DNA of 64,000 nt from an uncultured Pseudomonadota bacterium (lineage in GTDB: Bacteria > Pseudomonadota > Gammaproteobacteria > Enterobacterales > Succinivibrionaceae). This document shows, one piece after another, positions 57,352 to 64,000 of the stretch (position 1 is its first letter; each line of letters starts with the position of its first letter). Under the pieces are notes generated by a model that worked only from the letters and a program-made list of their open reading frames with translations, was not told the origin of the DNA and made no database searches. Position numbers and translations under genes: made by a program. Location: positions 251 to 64,250 of the forward strand of contig ONIT01000001.1 in NCBI GenBank assembly GCA_900317945.1, read 5' to 3'.

Positions 57352-58005
57352 CTAAGGCTTGATGATGATCGGGGTTCCGGGTTCCACCATATTGTAGAAC
57401 TCGTCCATGTCGCTGTTAATCAGCGCTATGCAGCCATTGGTCCAGTTCATGGGCTGCACGAATTTCTCGATGCTGTCGTTTCCTGCTGTCCTGCCGATGC
57501 TGTTGGGCTGTCCGTGGATCATGATCATGCTCCCCGGATCCACTCCGGCAGCCTTGGCGCGCCTCAGATCGTCCTGGTTGGGGTAGGAGATGTGGACGGA
57601 CTTGTAGAAGTTCGAGTCGCTGTTCTTGAAGTCAAGGATGTACTTTCCCTCTGGGGTCTTCTGGTCTCCCCTCATGAGCTTCCTGCCGCGCGGGCTGTGG
57701 CCGAGCGCGATCCAGTACTTTTTGAAGACCTTGCCGTTCTTGATGAGCTCCATCTTGTGGCTGGACTTCTGCACCACGACCAGATCAATGGTTCTGCCCG
57801 AGCGGATGGCAAGCCCGGTTTCATGCTCGGCCGCGTCCCTCATGTACCTGATGATCGCGGAGCTCTCGAAGAGCGACTCGGCGGTGTTCTCTATGAGCCC
57901 GCTGTCGCTGATCCTGGTCGGGAGCTCCTCATGGATAAGGGCTGCTCCTGACTGGGATGAGAGCATGGCGGCCGAGGCCGCGATGAGTAGTTTGAAGAGA
58001 GTCAT
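57352..58005 (-). CDS. L,D-transpeptidase (YkuD domain)
   Basis: ORF 57352..58143, trimmed to the ATG at 58005 (AGGAA ribosome-binding site; signal peptide MTLFKLLIAASAAML). The catalytic motif is IMIHG...TNGCIAL. Confidence 0.85.
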   Translation of the reverse strand: MTLFKLLIAASAAMLSSQSGAALIHEELPTRISDSGLIENTAESLFESSAIIRYMRDAAEHETGLAIRSGRTIDLVVVQKSSHKMELIKNGKVFKKYWIALGHSPRGRKLMRGDQKTPEGKYILDFKNSDSNFYKSVHISYPNQDDLRRAKAAGVDPGSMIMIHGQPNSIGRTAGNDSIEKFVQPMNWTNGCIALINSDMDEFYNMVEPGTPIIIKP

Positions 58006-58254
58006 TTCCTGCCTGATCCTTGTCCGAACCATGTGCGTGCCGGCAGGCTTGCTGAATGTCCTCCGGCTGAGGCGGATTTTAGCCGAATTCTCCGTGAAGA
58101 TCCTGCATGCGCCTCTGCGGCTGGGAAGCCGAAATGCTGTCATCCGGCGGCATTCCCGGGAATCCGGATATTCCCCTAAACGGGGAAAAGATCTCAGAAA
58201 CCAGAGCGCCGATCATTTAAAATCATCCTGCTTATACTTTGGGATGCGATCGCT

Positions 58255-60426
58255 ATGAAACTTAATCTTCTCGCTGCTCTTACCGCGGCAGCAATATTCT
58301 CAGCCGGAGCCGCCGAGCTTCCTGCTGATTTCGGGATTGTTGTGGACGGCGCTGCCGTCGACGGAGCCTCATTCACGAGGACTGCTCCTGACAGCGACAA
58401 GTATACCGTCGATATTGAGCTGAAAAAGGGCAAGCATCAGGTGGTGTTCGGCTCCAAGTCGGGCAAGGTCGGATCATCGGGCGCCGAGTTCTCCTTCGGC
58501 GAGCCCGTGGCGCTCAAGGCCGGATCTGATACTCCGCTTGAGCTGAATATATTCCTGCCCGGCACCTATACTTTCACCTTCAACAACAGGAATGCCGACG
58601 CACCCACTGTAAGCGTTCTCAGGGCAACCAAGAAGTCCGAATTCAAGAGGCCTCTTCCGGTCGTCGACTGCGAGTCATGGGACGGCGGCCCGGTCGAGGT
58701 TGACGTCAGCTCATCGTGGAAGGACGGCACTGTCGTCCGCGACGCGTACACCGGCGCCGAGGCAGAGGTGAAGAACGGCAAGGTCACCATGCAGCCCTCT
58801 CCTGACTCCGAGGGCATCCTGATGCTCGAGGCAAAGGGTGACGAGAACAAGGCCCGCCCGTTCGACTGGGACAATGCGATTGTCTACTTCATCATGACCG
58901 ACCGCTTCTACAACGGCAATCCGTCAAACGACAACTCCTTCGGGCGCCACAAGGACGGCAAGGACGAGATCGGCACCTGGCACGGCGGAGACTTCAAGGG
59001 AATCACCGAGAAGCTTGACTACATCAAGAGCCTTGGCGTCAACGCCATCTGGATTACCCCGATTGTCGAGCAGACCCACGGCTTCATCGGCGGCGGCGAT
59101 GTGAACAACCCGGATCCGAACAGCGGCAGCACTCCTGAGGCAAAGACCTGGCCGTTCTACGGCTACCATGGCTACTGGGCATCTGACTTCACCAAGCTTG
59201 ATCCGAACCTCGGCACCGAGGACGAGTTCAGGGAGATGATTGACGAGGCGCACAAGCGCGGCATCAGGATCCTTGTTGACACCGTCATGAACCATCCCGG
59301 GCACATCTCACTTGCCGACATCCAGGACTACGGCCTCAAGGGGCTTGTTACTGAGCAGGTCCAGAAGTCGCTTCCCGAGAAGTGGATTGACTGGAAGCCG
59401 TCAGGGCTTTACGGCAGCTGGCAGTCAGTCTCCGACAACATTGACTGGCAGAGCGAGGGCTGGAAGAGCTGGTGGGGCGGAGACTGGGTAAGGGCCGGCT
59501 TCCCCGGATACCCCGCAGGCGGCACGGATGATCAGACCATGCAGGTCGGAGGGCTTCCTGATTTCCTCACAGAGTCCCAGAAGAAGGTTGATCTGCCTGA
59601 GTTCCTCAAGAACAAGAAGGACACCAGGGCCAAGCCCCTCAAGGACGCTACCGTCGTTGACTACCTCGTAAGCTGGCAGAGCGACTGGGTAAGGCGCTTC
59701 GGCGTTGACGGCTTCCGCTGCGACACCGTCAAGCACATCGAGCCTGAGGCCTGGGCAAAGCTCAAGGACGCCTCGTCAAAGGCATTCGAGGAGTGGAAGA
59801 AGAACAATCCTGACAAGGTCCTCGATGACAACAAGTTCTTCACGGTAGGCGAGATCTGGGACAGCGGCGTCACGAATCCCAAGGACGTGTGGTACGCCAA
59901 GGGACACTTCGACTCGCTCATCAACTTCGACTACGCGAAGAATGACGCGCTCAACGGCGCGCTCTGCATGAGCTCGGCAGAGGGCACCTATGAGTCCTTC
60001 GCGAAGAATGTCGCCGCAGTTCCCGGCTTCAATGTCCTCTCCTACATCTCGTCGCATGACGTGAAGCTCTTTTGGGGAGACTACAAGAACATCGCGCTGC
60101 AGAAGAGGGTCGCCAACAGCTTCCTCATGCTGCCCGGACAGGTTCAGATCTACTATGGCGACGAGTCGGGGCGCGGCCTGATGAAGGACGGCGGCTATCC
60201 TGACCAGGCTCTCCGCTCCGACATGAACTGGAAGGAGATCGAGTCAGGCCCCAAGTCAGACCTCGTCAAGCACTGGAGCAGGGTCCTCAACTTCAGGAAC
60301 CGCCATCCTGCCATCGCCGAGGGCACCCACAGGCAGCTCAGCCAGAAGCCCTATGCCTTCGAGAGGGCGAAGGGCGACGACAAGGTTGTCATAGTGTTCG
60401 CAGGCAACAGGCCTGACGCCAAATAA
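58255..60426 (+). CDS. secreted GH13 alpha-amylase with an N-terminal accessory domain
   Basis: It has a signal peptide (MKLNLLAALTAAAIFSAGAAE). The GH13 regions are IMTDRFYNGN, GVNAIWITP, VDGFRCDTVKHI, GEIWD and YISSHD. Confidence 0.9.
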   Translation: MKLNLLAALTAAAIFSAGAAELPADFGIVVDGAAVDGASFTRTAPDSDKYTVDIELKKGKHQVVFGSKSGKVGSSGAEFSFGEPVALKAGSDTPLELNIFLPGTYTFTFNNRNADAPTVSVLRATKKSEFKRPLPVVDCESWDGGPVEVDVSSSWKDGTVVRDAYTGAEAEVKNGKVTMQPSPDSEGILMLEAKGDENKARPFDWDNAIVYFIMTDRFYNGNPSNDNSFGRHKDGKDEIGTWHGGDFKGITEKLDYIKSLGVNAIWITPIVEQTHGFIGGGDVNNPDPNSGSTPEAKTWPFYGYHGYWASDFTKLDPNLGTEDEFREMIDEAHKRGIRILVDTVMNHPGHISLADIQDYGLKGLVTEQVQKSLPEKWIDWKPSGLYGSWQSVSDNIDWQSEGWKSWWGGDWVRAGFPGYPAGGTDDQTMQVGGLPDFLTESQKKVDLPEFLKNKKDTRAKPLKDATVVDYLVSWQSDWVRRFGVDGFRCDTVKHIEPEAWAKLKDASSKAFEEWKKNNPDKVLDDNKFFTVGEIWDSGVTNPKDVWYAKGHFDSLINFDYAKNDALNGALCMSSAEGTYESFAKNVAAVPGFNVLSYISSHDVKLFWGDYKNIALQKRVANSFLMLPGQVQIYYGDESGRGLMKDGGYPDQALRSDMNWKEIESGPKSDLVKHWSRVLNFRNRHPAIAEGTHRQLSQKPYAFERAKGDDKVVIVFAGNRPDAK

Positions 60427-60462
60427 CATCTGATCCGGCACTGCCGGAACCTAATGAGCATA

Positions 60463-60492
60463 AGCCGGCCGGGACTCCCTGGCCGGCTTTTC
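60463..60492 (+). terminator. rho-independent terminator after the amylase gene
   Basis: AGCCGGCC-gggactccct-GGCCGGCT followed by TTTTCCATTTTT. Confidence 0.7.
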
Positions 60493-60567
60493 CATTTTTG
60501 TGACACATTTCAAGCCTGCCCCCGGCGTGTTAGAATATCAGTAATTTTTTTGATTCAGATACAGCAA

Positions 60568-62310
60568 ATGAAACAGTATATCCAGTCTCTAATTCTTCAG
60601 GGCATTGACGCTCTCAAGGCTTCAGGAGCCATTCCTGCCGACTTCGTTCCGAAGGTCATGGTCGAGGCCTCAAAGGACAAGACTCACGGCGACTATGCCT
60701 CGAACATCGCCATGCTTCTGAGAAAGCCCATGGGACTTGCGCCTCGTGAGGCTGCGGAGAAGCTTGTAGCAGCGCTCCCTGAGAGTGACAGAATCGCGAA
60801 AGTAGAGATTGCCGGACCCGGCTTCATCAACTTCTATGCCAATGCCGGCTATCTTGAAAGCCGTATCGAGTCAATGCTTTCAGACGGCGGCAGGTTCGGC
60901 GTGGCGAAGGCCGCGTCACCCGTGACTGTCGTCTGCGACTACTCATCGCCGAATGTCGCCAAGGAGATGGCCGTTCACCACATCAGATCAACTGTCATCG
61001 GCGACGCCTGCGCCAGGATGCTCGAGTTCCTCGGCAACAATGTGGTGAGGGCTAACCATATCGGCGACTGGGGAACCCAGTTCGGCATGCTCATCGCCTA
61101 TCTCGAGAAGATGGAGAACGAGAGCGGGTCCGATCTTGATCTCAGCGACTTCGAGGCCTTCTACCGTGCCGCCAAGAAGGAGTACGACGAGGATCCGGCA
61201 TTTGCCGAGAAGGCGAGGGGATACGTCGTGCGCCTGCAGGGGGGCGACGAGTACTGCCGCAGGATGTGGAAGAAGCTCGTTGACATGACCATGGCGCAGA
61301 ACCAGCGGATCTACGACAGGATGAACGTGAGCCTGAAGCCGTCCGATGTCATGGGCGAGAGCATGTACAACCCCATGCTGCCGGGAGTCGTTGAGGATCT
61401 GCAGAAGAAGGGCCTTGCGGTCAAGAGCGAGGGCGCTGACGTGGTGTTCCTCAAGGACTGGGAGGGCAAGGACGGCAATCCCATGGCCGTCATCATCAGG
61501 AAGAGCGATGGCGGCTACCTCTACACGACTACCGACATTGCCTGCGCGAAGTACCGCGTCGAGCATTTCGGGGCGAAGAAGGTCCTCTATTTCGTTGATT
61601 CCCGCCAGCACCAGCACCTTCTCCAGGCCTGGGAGATTGCCAGGATGGCAGGCTACATCCCTGACGGCGTGGTTTTCGAGCATGAGTCGTTCGGCATGAT
61701 GCTCGGCAAGGACGGCAGGCCGTTCAAGACCAGATCAGGCGGCACGGTCAAGCTCTCTGCTCTCCTTGATGAGGCTGAGAGCAGGGCGGCGCAGCTCCTG
61801 GAGTCTAGGTCCTCGGATCTCTCTGATGAGGAGAAGAAGAAGGTCATCCACGAGGTTGCCGTAGGTGCTGTCAAGTACGCGGACCTTTCAAAGAACAGGA
61901 CGACCGACTACGTATTCGACTGGGACAACATGCTCTCCTTTGACGGAAACACCGCTCCCTATCTCCAGTATGCCTACACCAGGATCAGATCGATTTTCCG
62001 CAACGCGGCAGGCGCTGCTCCGGGGAAGGTGATCCTCCGCGAGGAGATTGAGAAGGAGCTCGCGCAGAAGCTCACGCTGTTCTCCGATGCTGTTGTCTCG
62101 GCCGCCGACAGGGCCATGCCCAATATCCTCTGCTCCTATCTCTATGAGCTGAGCGGCATGTTCATGTCATTCTATGAGAAGTGCCCGGTCAACAAGGACG
62201 GAGTGCCTGATGAGGTGAGGGCAAGCAGGCTTTCCCTCTGCGAGGCAGTTGCCGGAGTGCTGAAGCTCGGGCTTTCCCTCCTCGGCATCAATGTTCTTGA
62301 GCGGATGTAG
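60568..62310 (+). CDS. argS: arginine--tRNA ligase
   Basis: ORF 60454, trimmed to the ATG at 60568. It has a HIGH-type motif (SPNVAKEMAVHHIRS), and the anticodon-binding C-terminus ends in the ArgS-typical M. Confidence 0.95.
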   Translation: MKQYIQSLILQGIDALKASGAIPADFVPKVMVEASKDKTHGDYASNIAMLLRKPMGLAPREAAEKLVAALPESDRIAKVEIAGPGFINFYANAGYLESRIESMLSDGGRFGVAKAASPVTVVCDYSSPNVAKEMAVHHIRSTVIGDACARMLEFLGNNVVRANHIGDWGTQFGMLIAYLEKMENESGSDLDLSDFEAFYRAAKKEYDEDPAFAEKARGYVVRLQGGDEYCRRMWKKLVDMTMAQNQRIYDRMNVSLKPSDVMGESMYNPMLPGVVEDLQKKGLAVKSEGADVVFLKDWEGKDGNPMAVIIRKSDGGYLYTTTDIACAKYRVEHFGAKKVLYFVDSRQHQHLLQAWEIARMAGYIPDGVVFEHESFGMMLGKDGRPFKTRSGGTVKLSALLDEAESRAAQLLESRSSDLSDEEKKKVIHEVAVGAVKYADLSKNRTTDYVFDWDNMLSFDGNTAPYLQYAYTRIRSIFRNAAGAAPGKVILREEIEKELAQKLTLFSDAVVSAADRAMPNILCSYLYELSGMFMSFYEKCPVNKDGVPDEVRASRLSLCEAVAGVLKLGLSLLGINVLERM

Positions 62311-62312
62311 AA

Positions 62313-63515
62313 ATGCCAAGAGACTACGTTAACGATTTCGGCAGGCCTGATCCCAAGAACAGATCGAGAAGGCGCGGCGGCAGGCCCTCGGGAGGCGGTG
62401 GCGGGAAGAGCAACGCCATAACGTTCCTCGCCATAGTCGTGCTCATACTCCTGTGCGCAGTCTTTTTCTTTGCCAGCAGGAGCGGCCTCTTCAAGGGCGG
62501 CCAGGACGCGAAGACCGAGCCTCAGCCGCAGAAGACTGAGAAGCCGAAGCAGGAGGCCAGGACTCCGGAGCGCCCGAAAGAGAAGTACGACTATATGCAG
62601 CTTCTTGAGAGCAATGAGGTCGTGGGCGAGACCCATGATCCGAAAAAGGCTGACAAGACGCAGAAGCCGCACAGCGCCGAGATTATGGACAGGCCTGCCA
62701 GCACTGTTGACGTAAGGCGGGAGAACAAGCAGGAGGAGGCGAAGAGGGCTCAGGAGATCCTGAACGGCTCGCTCAACACGCGTGACGAGTCAGTATCAGT
62801 GCTCAATGACACGCCTTCCTCGCCAAGCGCTCCGTCAGGAAGCAGCCTGCGCTCCGAGACAGTGACTGTCGAGCGCCCGCCGAAGATGCAAGACAGCGAG
62901 GCGGCCCTTGCCGAGTCAAGGAAGGCTGATGCCGAGCGCCAGAGGCGCCAGCTTGAGGAGCAGAAAAAGGCAGAGGAGCAGAAGCGTATCGCAGCGCAGC
63001 GCCAGGCTGAGGAGAAGCGAATTGCCGAGCAGAAGGCAGCAGAGCAGAGGAAGGCCGATGCTGACCGCCGTGCTGCCGAGCAGAAGCTTGCCGCGCAGAA
63101 GAAGGCGGAGGCTGAGCGCCGCGCTGCCGAGCAGAAGCTTGCAGATCAGAAGAAGGCCGATGCTGAGCGCCGTGCCGCTGAGCAGAAGAAAGCTGATGAG
63201 CAGAGGCTGGCCGCTCAGAAGGCCGCTGAGGAGAAAAAGGCCGCAGCCCAGAAACAGTCAGCTGCCGGCGGATCAGACAGCGACGGCAGGGTATTCCTGC
63301 AGTGCGCTGCCTTCAAGACTGCGCAGCAGGCTGATGCCCTCAAGTCAAAGCTCAGGGCCGGCGGATTCCCGGCGTTTGTCCAGCAGGCGAACGTCGGAGG
63401 CTCTGTCTGGTACAGGGTGAAGCTCGGTCCCTACCGCTCCGCGGCAACGGCGTCAAAGAGCAGCTCGGCTGTTGTCTCATCGGGAATTGCAGGAGCATGT
63501 GCAATATCGAGGTAG
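62313..63515 (+). CDS. ftsN: SPOR-domain cell-division protein, FtsN-like
   Basis: It has an N-terminal RDYV motif, a basic patch and one transmembrane segment. A long Lys/Ala/Glu/Gln-rich repetitive linker follows. The C-terminal SPOR fold is VFLQCAAFKT.QQADALK.KL...GF.A.V......WYRVKLGPY. The argS-ftsN adjacency is known from Pseudomonas. Confidence 0.75.
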   Translation: MPRDYVNDFGRPDPKNRSRRRGGRPSGGGGGKSNAITFLAIVVLILLCAVFFFASRSGLFKGGQDAKTEPQPQKTEKPKQEARTPERPKEKYDYMQLLESNEVVGETHDPKKADKTQKPHSAEIMDRPASTVDVRRENKQEEAKRAQEILNGSLNTRDESVSVLNDTPSSPSAPSGSSLRSETVTVERPPKMQDSEAALAESRKADAERQRRQLEEQKKAEEQKRIAAQRQAEEKRIAEQKAAEQRKADADRRAAEQKLAAQKKAEAERRAAEQKLADQKKADAERRAAEQKKADEQRLAAQKAAEEKKAAAQKQSAAGGSDSDGRVFLQCAAFKTAQQADALKSKLRAGGFPAFVQQANVGGSVWYRVKLGPYRSAATASKSSSAVVSSGIAGACAISR

Positions 63516-63517
63516 CT

Positions 63518-64000
63518 ATGGTTAACCGCAGTGCTGAGATTTGGGAGAGGATCAGGAAAGAGGGAGCTGATATGGCTGCCAGGGAGCCGATGCTTGCCAG
63601 TTTCCTGCACGCTACCATACTGAATCACTCAGATCTTGGCTCTGCCCTCGTGTTTGTCCTTGCGAACAAGCTGGGCGGCCCGGTAATCTCCCCGATGAAC
63701 CTCAGGGACATCTTTGAGTTTGCCTACCAGGGAAGCAATGAGCTTGTCGATGCTGCCTGCATGGACATCGAGGCGGTGGTTTCGCGCGATCCTGCCATAC
63801 AGCTCTACAGCACCCCTCTCCTTTATCTCAAGGGCTTTCATGCGATTGAAGCCTACCGTGTCGCGCACCGCCTCTGGCAGCTTGACCGGAGGGAGCTGGC
63901 GCTGTTCCTCCAGAGCCAGATCTCAGAGGTATTCAACGTTGATATCCATCCCGCAGCAGTCCTGGGGCATGGACTGATGTTCGATCATGCGTCTGGCATT
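63518..64000 (+). CDS. cysE: serine O-acetyltransferase (partial; 3' end lies outside the window)
   Basis: My own translation from the ATG at 63518 is open to the window end (161 codons). EPMLASFLHATILNHSDLGSALVFVLANKL...RDPAIQLYSTPLLYLKGFHAIEAYRVAHRLW...DIHPAA closely parallels E. coli CysE. Confidence 0.92.
   Translation, partial: MVNRSAEIWERIRKEGADMAAREPMLASFLHATILNHSDLGSALVFVLANKLGGPVISPMNLRDIFEFAYQGSNELVDAACMDIEAVVSRDPAIQLYSTPLLYLKGFHAIEAYRVAHRLWQLDRRELALFLQSQISEVFNVDIHPAAVLGHGLMFDHASGI

Noticed and set aside
60988-61683. A 231-aa minus-strand ORF.
   Set aside because: It is antisense to argS and has no motifs.

Overview
This is a chromosomal window from a Gammaproteobacterium, and most of it is core genome. 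The assignment rests on synteny: def-fmt-rsmB-trkA-trkH, hslR-hslO, mreBCD-maf-rng, rplM-rpsI-sspB, divergent darP/pmbA, and argS-ftsN.

Gene content from left to right:
- A partial exported protein, yggT and tldD.
- The minus-strand block trkH-trkA-rsmB-fmt-def.
- A LysM protein, glpX and hslRO.
- An 11-gene type II secretion operon, gspD to gspN (12.6-23.6 kb).
- An LtaS/sulfatase-family transferase.
- The complete S10-spc-alpha ribosomal protein cluster, rpsJ to rplQ, including secY, rpmJ and rpoA (25.9-40.2 kb).
- An accessory stretch of about 5 kb (40.2-45.3 kb).
- darP/pmbA, a GT2 glycosyltransferase and amtB.
- mreBCD-maf-rng, rplM-rpsI, sspB, sprT, an L,D-transpeptidase, a GH13 amylase, argS, ftsN and partial cysE.

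I could not recognise any rRNA, tRNA, CRISPR array, transposase or integrase.

The most unusual content:
- A two-gene module downstream of rplQ. Its first protein has two Zn-ribbon / topoisomerase-C-repeat-like units, six near-identical 33-aa (99-bp) tandem repeats and a C-terminal amphipathic helix. It is translationally coupled to a 107-aa very acidic protein.
- About 290 codons of stop-free, acidic, low-complexity sequence in frame ahead of gspE, in an operon that lacks gspC.
- A 416-aa orphan divergent from an ArsR-family regulator, next to a rhodanese and membrane-protein pair.
- Atypical terminator and promoter architecture at the S10/spc and spc/alpha junctions.

All functional calls come from reading the translated ORFs against remembered family sequences. 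No database search was run.
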